From sequence record SRR20825006_1576: a stretch of 59,388 nt of DNA; one strand, 5' to 3'. How positions within the stretch are numbered: the first letter of the stretch is position 1; the number at the start of each line of letters is the position of its first letter. The notes under the pieces were generated by a model. It had not been told where the DNA came from. It searched no databases and saw only the letters and a list, made by a program, of their open reading frames with translations. Below, one piece after another: positions 31,222-41,178 of the stretch. The translations under genes and the position numbers were made by a program.

Positions 31222-31755
31222 TCACCCATCGATGCCGTTCTTATGCTCGTCTGCTGGTTTTTCATCGCTCTTGCCACGGCGACTGATATTGGTTCTGGCT
31301 TCAAGTTTTTGGAGAAGAAACAGAACTGCAAGCCCCAGCACTGAGCCAAATATGCCGAGGGCCCAGAGACCGAGACCTATTGTCAGCCCGATAGCACCTG
31401 AAAACCAGAGCCCCGCGCCGGTCGTGAGTCCTTTAACCGTACCTTTCTGAAAGAACACGATACCTGCAGCGAGAAAGGCAACACCTTCGGTAATTGCCTG
31501 GATGACACGGGTCGGATCAATCCGCACCACGCTACTGTCTTCAGGCATCAGGTCAGGCAGCTGCGTTGACACGATCACGAACAGCGCGGCAGCGAGGCTA
31601 ACGAGAATGTGCGTGCGTAAGCCGGCAGAATGGTTCTGGATTTCCCGCTCAAGACCAATCAGCCCACCGAAGAAAGAAGCACCAATCAGGCGCACAAACA
31701 GCACGCCCTGATCCGATAAAGCCTGACTGTGAAAGTCGGCGAGAATGGCCTGCAT
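31222..31755 (-). CDS. MgtC/SapB family membrane protein
   Basis: IGLERE, AGLRTHILV, DPTRV and GLTTGAGLW. Confidence 0.9.
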   Translation of the reverse strand: MQAILADFHSQALSDQGVLFVRLIGASFFGGLIGLEREIQNHSAGLRTHILVSLAAALFVIVSTQLPDLMPEDSSVVRIDPTRVIQAITEGVAFLAAGIVFFQKGTVKGLTTGAGLWFSGAIGLTIGLGLWALGIFGSVLGLAVLFLLQKLEARTNISRRGKSDEKPADEHKNGIDG

Positions 31756-32010
31756 CGAAAACGGTTTCCCTCATATCTCCTGTTTTTTTCTAAAACCTCA
31801 ATGCCAAACGTCTGGTCTTGTTCCCAGAAAAATATGGTAGCCGTGGCCGCAGGCATTGAAACGTCCATTGGGGAACATTTCACCTGGTTGGATATCTCGT
31901 ATGGCCACATAGCCTGAAAAGGCGTGGCTATTCTCTTTCAAATGCAGGACAGACTTTGGAAGCTTCAATCGCAACCTGATATTTTCGCTTCAAAGCCAAG
32001 CGGCAAAAGT

Positions 32011-32040
32011 AAACGCCGGCCCGCTTGTCGGACCGGCGTT
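32011..32040 (-). terminator. Terminator downstream of ppa
   Basis: Stem AACGCCGG...CCGGCGTT followed by TACTTTT on the minus strand. Confidence 0.65.
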
Positions 32041-32067
32041 ACAAAATGCCACGATGACAGAATAATC

Positions 32068-32598
32068 TTACTTCTGTTTTGCGCGTTCAATGGCTTCGAC
32101 AATAAGCTTCTTGGCTTCATCGGCGCCATGCCAACCAAAGATCTTGACCCACTTGCCGGGCTCGAGGTCCTTGTAGTGCTCGAAGAAGTGTTCGATCTGT
32201 TTCAACTGGATTTCCGGAATATCCTCAGGTTCATGAACCTTATCGAAGCGGGCGCTCACGTCCTGCGAAGGAACGGCGATGATCTTTTCATCCTTGCCGG
32301 AGTTATCTTCCATCATCATGACGCCGATCGGACGGACATTGATCACGCAGCCCGGCATCAGAGGACGGAAGTTGCAGATCAAAACGTCGATGGGATCACC
32401 GTCATCGGAAAGGGTGTGCGGCACGAAACCGTAATTACCCGGATACATCATCGGTGTGTAAAGGAAGCGATCCACAACCAGAACGCCCGCATCCTTATCC
32501 ATTTCATACTTGATCGGCTGGCCGCCCATCGGAACCTCAACGATGACGTTGATGTCTTCCGGCGGATTCTTGCCGATGGAAATTGCTTCAATACGCAT
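32068..32598 (-). CDS. ppa: Inorganic pyrophosphatase (family I)
   Basis: [26 protein letters not shown] and FFEHYKDLE. Confidence 0.97.
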   Translation of the reverse strand: MRIEAISIGKNPPEDINVIVEVPMGGQPIKYEMDKDAGVLVVDRFLYTPMMYPGNYGFVPHTLSDDGDPIDVLICNFRPLMPGCVINVRPIGVMMMEDNSGKDEKIIAVPSQDVSARFDKVHEPEDIPEIQLKQIEHFFEHYKDLEPGKWVKIFGWHGADEAKKLIVEAIERAKQK

Positions 32599-32716
32599 TT
32601 GGACCTCCAAAGCAGGAAAATATCTGGTGCTGGATAATCAAATTCGAAACGCAAGGCAACCAGCCGACATGACATACGGCAAATTCATGATCAGCCTGTC
32701 CTGTAACTGAGATGCT

Positions 32717-33223
32717 TTAGTCCCAGGAGAATGAGACCTTCCCCAAAGTTGCTGAGCCAAATCTGCTTTGGGAATATGCCAGCGGTTTACCGCCGAGCGC
32801 AGAGAAAAACAGCTTTGCCTGCTCCAGATCATCGAGTACCCAGCACATTGATCCATTACAACCAAGGGAACTCAAAAGGCGGCGAGCCTCTTCGAAAAGA
32901 CGGCGACCGAAGCCTAAACCATGATATTCCGGCAAAAGATAAATCTCATATATCTCGCCTTCGGGCGGCAAAGCTCGTGCCCGGCTGAGGCCTACAGTGG
33001 CATAGCCAACAAGGTCACCCTGCACTTCCAGAACCAGAACTGTCGCTTCGCAGCAAACAGCACGGCGCCACCAGGCAACATTTCGACGCGTCATCATATC
33101 CTGAAGCGAACGATGGGGAATAATGCCCGCATAAACCTGTTGCCACGAAGTCCAGTGGACATTGGCTACTGCTTCTACATCGGCCATTTCAGCAGGCCGG
33201 ACATCACTCGAAAGGATGCGCAT
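32717..33223 (-). CDS. GNAT family N-acetyltransferase
   Basis: Acetyl-CoA binding motif EIYEIYLLPEYHGLGFGRRLF. Confidence 0.85.
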   Translation of the reverse strand: MRILSSDVRPAEMADVEAVANVHWTSWQQVYAGIIPHRSLQDMMTRRNVAWWRRAVCCEATVLVLEVQGDLVGYATVGLSRARALPPEGEIYEIYLLPEYHGLGFGRRLFEEARRLLSSLGCNGSMCWVLDDLEQAKLFFSALGGKPLAYSQSRFGSATLGKVSFSWD

Positions 33224-33339
33224 CACAACAACCCGGCTATATTCTTCCAATCTGTACAAAGGATACGACAATCATGGCGCTTTGCCCATCACAAAACTCT
33301 GATCGCCGGCATAAACGGGAAGTCAAAAGCGAAAGCACA

Positions 33340-34371
33340 CTATGAATTACGACGGTTTTTAAAGTTTTCGATCGCTGTATCAAGAATACTTTCCAAGGCC
33401 CTTTGATCATCAAAAATCGTCATAACGGACAGAACGCGACTTTTTTGGCGCAAGGCAACCAGATCCGGATCAACAGCACCGGCAAGTCGCGCATAATCTT
33501 TACTGGTCGTGACCAGCTGTGCTCTGTGTTCTTTGGCTTCCAATAATAGCGAACGCGCAAGAGCAGAAGAAAACACCTGATGATCGGCCAAAGGTCGCAT
33601 TTGAACGACTTCGGCACCAATCTGCCTAAGAGTAGAAAAGAATTTCTCGGGATGGCCGATACCCGCATACGCAATGACCCGAACTCCGGTGAACAGCGGC
33701 CCTTCTTCATTTGTGACGGTGCGAACACACGCAAGCTGAGCACCCTGCCCTGACATGAATGACACCAGGGCACCGTCCTGATCTTCATTGCCGTTCAATA
33801 CGACAAGATCAGTCTTTTCAAGCTGGATCGGCAACGGCGCACGTAACGGACCGGCCGGAATGCAGCGGCCATTGCCCAGCCCGCGCTGTGTATCAATTAC
33901 AGCGATAGAAAAATCCCAGAACAGTTTCCCGCTTTGAAGACCATCATCCATGATGATCAGATCAACGCCGTTTTCCTTCAACAGTTCGGCAGCGTCGGAT
34001 CGTGCCGGAGAGACAGCAGTTGGCGCAGTTTCCGAGAGCATAAGCGCTTCGTCGCCGACATCGTAAAATGTGTGACGGCTATGATCCACCAACGTGGCCC
34101 GCTGCACTGCCCCACCAAAACCACGCAAAACGAATCCGGGATTAAAACCACGTTCCCGTGCATAGCGGGCAAGACTCTCCGCAAGCGGCGTCTTACCAGC
34201 ACCACCAGCAGTGAAATTGCCGATACAGATGACAGGAATATCAATCTTGTTTTTTGCCACCGGACGCATGCGTGCACCAGAAACAGCTCCATAAAGCCAT
34301 GAAACCGGCGCAAGAAGTGCTCCGGACAGGCTACCTTGTTTCCACCAGAATGAGGGAGCCTTGGTCAGCAT
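33340..34371 (-). CDS. lpxK: Tetraacyldisaccharide 4'-kinase
   Basis: IGNFTAGGAGKTP, GDEA, MDDGLQ, PAGPLR and TTSKD. Confidence 0.95.
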   Translation of the reverse strand: MLTKAPSFWWKQGSLSGALLAPVSWLYGAVSGARMRPVAKNKIDIPVICIGNFTAGGAGKTPLAESLARYARERGFNPGFVLRGFGGAVQRATLVDHSRHTFYDVGDEALMLSETAPTAVSPARSDAAELLKENGVDLIIMDDGLQSGKLFWDFSIAVIDTQRGLGNGRCIPAGPLRAPLPIQLEKTDLVVLNGNEDQDGALVSFMSGQGAQLACVRTVTNEEGPLFTGVRVIAYAGIGHPEKFFSTLRQIGAEVVQMRPLADHQVFSSALARSLLLEAKEHRAQLVTTSKDYARLAGAVDPDLVALRQKSRVLSVMTIFDDQRALESILDTAIENFKNRRNS

Positions 34372-34422
34372 AACGAATTAAAACTCTCTGGATTCGAGCC
34401 AGTGCAGGAAATGAGAACGTGC

Positions 34423-35817
34423 TCAGCGCAACGCCTTGCTCGGCTGAGGTTCTGGAACCCTTTCCATCAAATCAGCGGTTCGGCGGGCACTCTGCTTCAC
34501 AGATCTCGACTTGGAGCAAAAACGGGCCTCCAGAATCAACGGCGCAAGGTAGCGTTCCAAGCCTTTCATCGTGCGGGCAAGTGCGCCACGCATTTCCCGC
34601 ACTGTCTCAAAACCAGCAGAAACCATTGCATCACATGCGTTGGAATCACGCAAAAGCAGTTCAACCGATTGTCGTAAAGCCTCGGTGCTGTCGACCGTGC
34701 GCACTGCGCCACGCTGGCGCAGTCGCCGATAGGATTCTCTGAAGTTATCAACATTGCGACCGGTCAGAACGGCAGCCCCGAGCATAGCTGGTTCGAGTGG
34801 ATTTTGCCCACCCCTGGCCGTCAAAGATCGACCCACAAAAGCGATACGCGTCAGGCGCAGATAAAGTCCCATATCACCCATCGTATCACCCAGAAGAATA
34901 TCCGTATCAGGCCCGATCGGATCTCCACTGGATCTACGGGAAACCTTTAGCCCTTCACCAACAAGCATGGCCGCGACAGCGTCGGCGCGATTGGGGTGCC
35001 GGGGAACAATAATCGTCAGCAAACCGCCAAAACGGGATTTCAGCGAAGTGTGCACTTCGGCTGCCGCTTTCTCCTCGCCGTCAAACGTGGAAATGGCAGC
35101 CCAGGAGGGACGATTGCCAATAACCTCCTGCAAGTTTTTCACAGCATCAGGATCAGCAGGCGGGGCCTCACGGTCCACCTTGATGTTACCGGAAACACTC
35201 ACATTCAATGCGCCAAGATCAGCAAAACGCTCTGCATCAAGGTCGGTTTGCGCCAAAATGCAGGCAAAGCGGGAAAACAGACTGCGCGCCAGTTCTCGGC
35301 GGAACATCCACCGATCAAACGAACGGTCAGAAATGCGACCGTTGACAATAACATGCGCAATGCGTCTGCGGTTAAGTTCGGCGATGGTCACCGGCCAGAC
35401 TTCGGTTTCCACATTGACCGCCAGATCCGGGTGCCAATGGTCCAGAAAATTCTTAACGGCCGGCGCTGAATCGACGGGAACATACTGGTGTAGAATTCGA
35501 TTGCCGAAACGTTCCTCGGCCAGCTTGGCAGACGTCACGGTACCCGTGGTCAGCAAAACGTTTATGCCGTAGCTCCGGATCATTTCAATCAATGGTGCAA
35601 CCGCCAGCGTCTCCCCCACGCTTGCCGCATGAATCCATACGAGAGGCCCTTCAGGGCGCTTCACGGCAGCCCTGCCAAGGCGCTCATTCAGCCTTTTCCG
35701 ATCTTCCTTGCCCTTTCGGACACGGTAGAAAAGAAGCGGTTTTAGCAAAGGGTAAAAAGCCACCCCTGCAAACCGATAGCTGTGTTGAGCAATCCATGTC
35801 GAGACACTGAATTTCAT
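34423..35817 (-). CDS. waaA: Kdo transferase
   Basis: WIHAASVGE, ETEVWP, VPRHP, DTMGDMG and GGQNPLEPA. Confidence 0.95.
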   Translation of the reverse strand: MKFSVSTWIAQHSYRFAGVAFYPLLKPLLFYRVRKGKEDRKRLNERLGRAAVKRPEGPLVWIHAASVGETLAVAPLIEMIRSYGINVLLTTGTVTSAKLAEERFGNRILHQYVPVDSAPAVKNFLDHWHPDLAVNVETEVWPVTIAELNRRRIAHVIVNGRISDRSFDRWMFRRELARSLFSRFACILAQTDLDAERFADLGALNVSVSGNIKVDREAPPADPDAVKNLQEVIGNRPSWAAISTFDGEEKAAAEVHTSLKSRFGGLLTIIVPRHPNRADAVAAMLVGEGLKVSRRSSGDPIGPDTDILLGDTMGDMGLYLRLTRIAFVGRSLTARGGQNPLEPAMLGAAVLTGRNVDNFRESYRRLRQRGAVRTVDSTEALRQSVELLLRDSNACDAMVSAGFETVREMRGALARTMKGLERYLAPLILEARFCSKSRSVKQSARRTADLMERVPEPQPSKALR

Positions 35818-36074
35818 GGGCCGTCCATATGACCTTGCATCGTAAAACGATCATCGGCAATCGCAACCGCCACGCGATTCGCGACTAATGCAATCGATAA
35901 TAGCATACTTACTTGTGACAATACAAAGATTGTAAAAAGCCGAAAATCAGTTTCCTGCCCGGGTTTCATGCGACGTTTACCCGACCATATGCAACAGCCA
36001 TTACAACAATTTCCGCTTCCCCCGTTGTGGGTCAAGAAGACGGCAAAATCATGGACGCCCGTACAGCACAGAAA

Positions 36075-36308
36075 TCAGTTTTCGGGATCAAGAAGGCGAT
36101 GAAGGTGAACGATGAAGTAACGCATATGCGCATTATCAACTGTCTGCTGCGCCTTGGACTTCCATGCCGTATGGGCAGCTGCGTAGTTCGGATAAATACC
36201 GACAATATCAAGTGCTTCAAGATCGGTAAAACGCAGACCTTCAAGGCTTTCAAGCTCGCCGCCAAAGACGAGATGAAGGAGTTGTTTGTTTTCTGCATGG
36301 TCAGCCAT
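36075..36308 (-). CDS. DUF4170 family small protein
   Basis: QLLHLVFGGEL...WKSKAQQTVDNAHMRYFIVHLHRLLDP, a conserved alphaproteobacterial protein usually found after cysQ. Confidence 0.85.
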   Translation of the reverse strand: MADHAENKQLLHLVFGGELESLEGLRFTDLEALDIVGIYPNYAAAHTAWKSKAQQTVDNAHMRYFIVHLHRLLDPEN

Positions 36309-36374
36309 AGTGAGCCTCACTTACTGGTTTCTCACAATTATCAAAGCTTCGTGTCGCGGGTTTGACTGTGATTG

Positions 36375-37226
36375 TCAAGTTTGATGCCCTGCACCAAAAT
36401 GCCGCAATAAAGTGGTGGTCAGCGCATTGTTTCCGGCGAACAAGACGCCTTGAGACACGCTTGAACGGTTGTAGGTGAGCGGCAGCCCCTGAGCATCGCA
36501 CAGACGCGCACCGGCACGATCCAGAATGATATCTGCAGCGGCCAGATCCCAGTCATGCGAATCCTGCCTCACCAAGGTTCCATCCAGACGCCCATCGGCA
36601 ACCATTGCCAAGCGATAGGCAAGAGAAGGAATGTGATCTGCCGGTTTGATACGCCCTGCGAAATCTGCATCGAACTGTCTGTTCAAACTGGCGGGCAGGC
36701 AGATATCAACTGTATTATGCGCATGTATTGCATCCTTCTGCGATGCAGCAATCACCGCACCATTCTTCAAAGCCGGACCGTCCGCATGTGCCTTGAAAAC
36801 CTCACCCAGAGCAGGAGCGACCAAAACCCCCGCAACAGGTCGTCCGTGACAGACAACAGCGACACTGACCGCCCAGTTCCGCCGCCCCTTCAAAAAACCG
36901 CGTGTACCATCAATGGGATCGACAACAAAGACACATGCGCATTCAAGCCGATGTGCATCTTCTTCGCTTTCCTCCGACAGCCAGCCATAATCAGGCCGGG
37001 CCTTTCTCAAAATCTCCTCGAGTCGGGTATTTGCCGCGAAATCGGCAGCACTGACCGGAGACTCACCACCGTTTTTCCACCAAACTTCCGGATCGTGACC
37101 GAAGTAGGATAATGCGACATCGCCGGCTTCAAGCGCTGCAGACTCAATCAGGGCAAGGTCATCGTTCAGATTTCCGGGTGTTTCGCGTGCAATCGTCACT
37201 GACTGAAGCCTTTCATCGGCCAGCAA
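36375..37226 (-). CDS. cysQ: CysQ/inositol monophosphatase family phosphatase
   Basis: SPVSAAD, WLSEES, VVDPIDGTRGF and WDLAAA. Confidence 0.85.
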   Translation of the reverse strand: MLADERLQSVTIARETPGNLNDDLALIESAALEAGDVALSYFGHDPEVWWKNGGESPVSAADFAANTRLEEILRKARPDYGWLSEESEEDAHRLECACVFVVDPIDGTRGFLKGRRNWAVSVAVVCHGRPVAGVLVAPALGEVFKAHADGPALKNGAVIAASQKDAIHAHNTVDICLPASLNRQFDADFAGRIKPADHIPSLAYRLAMVADGRLDGTLVRQDSHDWDLAAADIILDRAGARLCDAQGLPLTYNRSSVSQGVLFAGNNALTTTLLRHFGAGHQT

Positions 37227-38559
37227 GGGTCAGGCCCTCTACGAGAATGCTGGGAGCTGCAACCGAGAAACGCCGGTCAATATCATTTGCCGGTGTCATT
37301 GCCATGAACATATCTTTCAGGTTTCCGGCAATTGTAACCTGGGAAACAGGATAGGCAATCTCGCCGTTTTCAATCCAGAATCCGCTCGCACCGCGTGAAT
37401 ATTCACCGGTTATCATGTTCACGCCCTGCCCTATCAGCTCTGTCACATAAAGGCCGGTACCGATTGCAGCCATCAGTTCCTCGGGACTCTCTTCACCCGG
37501 TTCAAGGATCAGATTGGTTGGCGACGCCGAAAGAGAATTGCCAGCCCGCGTGCCACGTCCGTTGGTTTCAAGTCCAAGTTCCCGACCGAGCGCTGTCGAC
37601 AAAAACCAGTGCTGAAGGACGCCATCTTCAACCATCGTCAACCTTTCACTGCTGACGCCTTCGCCGTCAAACGGCTGAGACCCTGCCCCGCGACGGATTG
37701 CCGGGTCATCAATCACATTCAATCCGGCCTTCAGAACTGGCTTTCCCAACCGATCGCGCAGAAAGCTGGTTTTCCGGGTAACGGACGAACCAGAGATCGC
37801 AGCAGCCAGATGACCGACCAGACTTGTTGCAGGCCGCGATTCAAAGATAACGGAGGCTCCATGACAGGTGTCGATCTGGCGCGGGGAAAGGCGACCAACG
37901 GCACGCTCACCTGCACGACGCCCGATATCCTCCGGCGCGAAGAGATCCGCATCAAATGCCCGTCCGTCCGAGTCATGGTCACGCTGCATCGCTGTCCCCT
38001 CACCGGCAACAGCGGAAGCTGAAACCGAAGAGAATGAACGCCGGTATCCGCCGGAAAAGCCCCCGGAAGTAACAAGCGCAAATGAAACACGGCCATTTGC
38101 AGCGCCTGCGCCGGAACTTTTGGTCACGCCGGCTACAGACAGTGACGCGGCTTCGGCAGCAAGCGCACGCTCAGCCAACATCTCCGGGCTGACTTCTGTG
38201 TCATCAAAGAGTTCAAGCTCCGGTATACCCGTCGCAAGACGGGCTTCATCCGCCAGGCTGGCGAAAGGATCGACCGGCGAAACTTTGGCCATCGCCATCG
38301 CCCGTTCAACCAGGTCGTCAATATCGCCGTCGGTATTGGTTGAAACACTTGCAACACGGTTTCCGGCAAAAACACGCAGAGAAAAACCGCGATTCTCGGA
38401 TGCCTGAGCGTTTTCACGCTGACCGTCGCGCACGGAAACGGATTGCGACACTCCCTCCGAGACAACGACATCGGCGGCATCGGCGCCGGCATTTTCAGCG
38501 ACCTCCAGAATTCTGGAGGCTTTTTGGATCAATTCATTGCTATCTGTATATGAAGACAT
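37213..38559 (-). CDS. pmbA: TldD/PmbA family protein (PmbA/TldE type)
   Basis: FDGEG, GEYSRGASGFWIENGEI and TIAGNL; no HExxxH motif. Confidence 0.88.
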   Translation of the reverse strand: MSSYTDSNELIQKASRILEVAENAGADAADVVVSEGVSQSVSVRDGQRENAQASENRGFSLRVFAGNRVASVSTNTDGDIDDLVERAMAMAKVSPVDPFASLADEARLATGIPELELFDDTEVSPEMLAERALAAEAASLSVAGVTKSSGAGAANGRVSFALVTSGGFSGGYRRSFSSVSASAVAGEGTAMQRDHDSDGRAFDADLFAPEDIGRRAGERAVGRLSPRQIDTCHGASVIFESRPATSLVGHLAAAISGSSVTRKTSFLRDRLGKPVLKAGLNVIDDPAIRRGAGSQPFDGEGVSSERLTMVEDGVLQHWFLSTALGRELGLETNGRGTRAGNSLSASPTNLILEPGEESPEELMAAIGTGLYVTELIGQGVNMITGEYSRGASGFWIENGEIAYPVSQVTIAGNLKDMFMAMTPANDIDRRFSVAAPSILVEGLTLAGR

Positions 38560-38661
38560 GGCTTGGCCTTTCCTTGCGCTTCCATTTATTGTTGACTTGG
38601 CAAAGCATCAAGTGCCGTCTTTTCAGGCTGGCAGTATTTCATCCAATTCAGGGACCGCATC

Positions 38662-40473
38662 ATGGTGACATCGCAGACATTGTTTACTGAAACCGTCTGG
38701 ATGTTGGGCGCAGCCACAATTGCCGCCCCGATATTTAAAAGGCTCGGTCTCGGTACAGTGCTCGGCTATCTGGCAGGCGGCGTTATAATCGGACCGGTTC
38801 TGCAAGTCATCAAGAATGGTGAAGAGGTGTTGCATGTCGCGGAAATCGGCGTCGTGTTTCTTCTTTTCATGATCGGTCTGGAATTGAAACCTGCACGCCT
38901 TTGGTCCATGCGCAAGGATATCTTTGGTCTGGGTCTGGCGCAGGTCGTCCTGACCGGCGCTGTTCTCGTTCCACTTGCCATGCTTTGGGGTGTGGATGAC
39001 TGGCGACCTGCCGTCATCATCGGCTACGGGCTGGCACTCTCGTCAACAGCGTTTGCAATGCAAATCCTCGACGACAGCGGCGACGTAAACACACGCTATG
39101 GCCAGCGATCGTTTTCGATGCTTCTGTTTCAGGATATCGCCATCGTGCCTCTTCTGGCGTTGGTCAGCATCCTCGGTGGCGGGGCAGAGGATGCAACCGG
39201 AATGGACATGCTGGTCAATGCCGGCATAGCGCTGATTGTGATCGCCTTGATGATTGCAGCGGGCCGCTACCTGCTGACACCGATCTTCCAGATCATCGCT
39301 GCGACCGGCGCGCGCGAAGTCATGATCGTTGCCGCGCTGTTTCTGGTTATCGGTGCGGCGATCACCATGCAGCTCGTTGGACTATCCATGGCAATGGGCG
39401 CATTTCTGGCGGGGGTCATGCTGGCTGAATCGTCTTACCGGCATGAGCTGGAGGCCGATATTGAACCCTTCCGTGGTGTCATGCTCGCAATTTTCTTCAT
39501 CGCCGTCGGTATGTCACTGGAACTCAATGTAATCTATAACAATCTGGCATTGGTTCTGATTGCCGTGCCTGTTCTGATCGCAGTAAAGTCAGCGGTTATC
39601 TACGGGCTTTGCCGCCTGACCGGTTCAGCGCATGAAGATGCAACCCGCATTGCAGCCCTCCTGCCACAAGGTGGCGAATTCGGCTTCGTGATGTTCTCGA
39701 CGGCAGCGGCGGCTGGCCTGTTTTCGAACTCTCTGGCCTCGCTCCTCATTGCCGTCGTAACCCTTTCCATGGTCGCAACACCGCTTTGTGTGCGCCTCGC
39801 CGAACGACTGACCACGCGCCATCTGGATCGCCATGAAGAACTGGAGGAGGACTTTGAAGGCGCAGGTGACGAAGTGCTGATGATCGGCTTTTCCCGGTTC
39901 GGGCAGATCGCCGCGCAAATTCTTCTGGCAAGCGGTCGCGATGTGACGATCATCGATTATTCTGCAGAACGTATCCGACAGGCCTCCGCCTTCGGCTTTC
40001 ATATCTATTTTGGCGACGGCACCAGAAAGGAAGTCCTGATTGCCGCCGGCATCGAGAAAGCCAAGGTCGTTGCGGTTTGCACCCAGAAACGTGAAATCAC
40101 CGACAGGGTGATAGATGTCATTCAGGAGAACTTTCCACGCGCTCACATTTACGCACGTTCCTATGATCGCGGCCACACGCTGGCCCTCAGGCAACGCGGC
40201 GTTGAATTCGAGCTGCGCGAGACACTGGAATCAGGCCTTGTTTTTGGCCGTGAAACACTGATTGCACTTGGAACGAGCGAAGACGAGGCACAGGCGATCA
40301 CAGACGATATCCGCCGTCGGGACGCGCAACGCCTGGAAATTCAGGCGGTTGAGGGCATCATGGCCGGCTCGGATATGCTGCACACCTCGCCGGTTCGCCC
40401 GGAACCGCTGATGCGTCCCAAACGCCGCAACCTTGACCCGACAGTTAAGGTGACGGGCAAGGATCTGGCCTAG
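38662..40473 (+). CDS. CPA2 family K+/H+ antiporter (KefB/KefC-like) with TrkA-N domain
   Basis: IGLEL, LLFQD, YRHELEADIEPF and QGGEFGFV; C-terminal IGFSRFGQ and YFGDGT. Confidence 0.92.
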   Translation: MVTSQTLFTETVWMLGAATIAAPIFKRLGLGTVLGYLAGGVIIGPVLQVIKNGEEVLHVAEIGVVFLLFMIGLELKPARLWSMRKDIFGLGLAQVVLTGAVLVPLAMLWGVDDWRPAVIIGYGLALSSTAFAMQILDDSGDVNTRYGQRSFSMLLFQDIAIVPLLALVSILGGGAEDATGMDMLVNAGIALIVIALMIAAGRYLLTPIFQIIAATGAREVMIVAALFLVIGAAITMQLVGLSMAMGAFLAGVMLAESSYRHELEADIEPFRGVMLAIFFIAVGMSLELNVIYNNLALVLIAVPVLIAVKSAVIYGLCRLTGSAHEDATRIAALLPQGGEFGFVMFSTAAAAGLFSNSLASLLIAVVTLSMVATPLCVRLAERLTTRHLDRHEELEEDFEGAGDEVLMIGFSRFGQIAAQILLASGRDVTIIDYSAERIRQASAFGFHIYFGDGTRKEVLIAAGIEKAKVVAVCTQKREITDRVIDVIQENFPRAHIYARSYDRGHTLALRQRGVEFELRETLESGLVFGRETLIALGTSEDEAQAITDDIRRRDAQRLEIQAVEGIMAGSDMLHTSPVRPEPLMRPKRRNLDPTVKVTGKDLA

Positions 40474-40489
40474 GCCCGCCTTTTCGCGT

Positions 40490-40702
40490 TCAAAACTGCT
40501 TCGTATCAACCGATGTCACGACCGAAAGTCCTGGTGTCAGTTGGTCTGAGCCTTTCTGTCCTGGTTCAATTGCGATGCGAACGGGAACACGCTGTGCACC
40601 CCTGGTAAAGTCACCGGTAGCATTGTCCTGTTTGATGATTGAAAACTGCGAACCAGTGACAGGCGAAAAGTGTTCGATGCTACCGGTAGACGTTATCAGT
40701 GC
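40490..40702 (-). pseudogene. C-terminal remnant of an EmrA/HlyD-family membrane-fusion protein
   Basis: GSIEHFSPVTGSQFSIIKQDNATGDFTRGAQRVPVRI...LTPGLSVVTSVDT is a degraded NATGNFTKxxQRxPVRI motif. Only about 70 aa remain and there is no N-terminus. Confidence 0.85.
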
Positions 40703-40703
40703 G

Positions 40704-40896
40704 CTCAACGCTTCTGGCCAAAGTACTCTGGTTAATCCGCTCACTCATGTCTGGCCAAAAACGTTAAGACACGGGCACGTGCATAGGTCAGCCCCAGTTC
40801 AGAGACGCGGGCATTATAGGCGTTGCGGATCTTACGGCTGGCGACACCAAAAGATTCCAGAAAGACGGCATATTGGGATGTGAGTTGATCAGACAT
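40704..40896 (-). pseudogene. Frameshifted, truncated MarR-family regulator
   Basis: ATG at 40896 gives MSDQLTSQYAVFLESFGVASRKIRNAYNARVSELGLTYARARVLTFLARHE* (stop at 40741-40743). Removing a TGAG duplication (40740-40747) extends it to HERINQSTLARSVE, the start of a MarR HTH. Confidence 0.75.
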
Positions 40897-40930
40897 ATTG
40901 ATAGGCCACTATTACTTAACAGGCTATTCA

Positions 40931-40960
40931 TTAGCGCACCACTAACTGAATCATTCAGTT
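40931..40960. promoter_or_regulatory. Overlapping operator-like palindromes upstream of the MarR pseudogene
   Basis: TTAG-N7-CTAA (40931-40945) and the perfect repeat AACTGAAT-C-ATTCAGTT (40944-40960). Confidence 0.45.
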
Positions 40961-41108
40961 GAATTATTTTAGATTCAGAATGAGAACACAAATTTAGTGC
41001 CACTTTGGAAACGATTTTCGAGGCGCTGGTGCGGTTTCGAATAGTGTTTTTTCGGCTTTCTTCAGCAGCCCCCTTTTTTCGGACAGAGGCCAACGCGGCA
41101 TCAGAAGT

Positions 41109-41124
41109 TTTACCGTTTGATAAA
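41109..41124. promoter_or_regulatory. Putative RutR/PydR operator
   Basis: TTTACCGTTTGATAAA resembles the RutR box TTGACCAnnTGGTCAA and lies 55 bp upstream of the dihydropyrimidine dehydrogenase genes. Confidence 0.55.
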
Positions 41125-41178
41125 AATTTTAAATCACGCTAAAGTTTCAGTATAAAACCAAAAATGGGGAACATAGCG

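Noticed and set aside
35814-36035. 73-aa ORF between DUF4170 and waaA
   Set aside because: No recognisable similarity or convincing RBS; treated as non-coding.
40788-41093. 101-aa minus-strand ORF (and 40575-40883 on the + strand)
   Set aside because: No motifs. The region is better explained by the MarR pseudogene in another frame plus promoter DNA.
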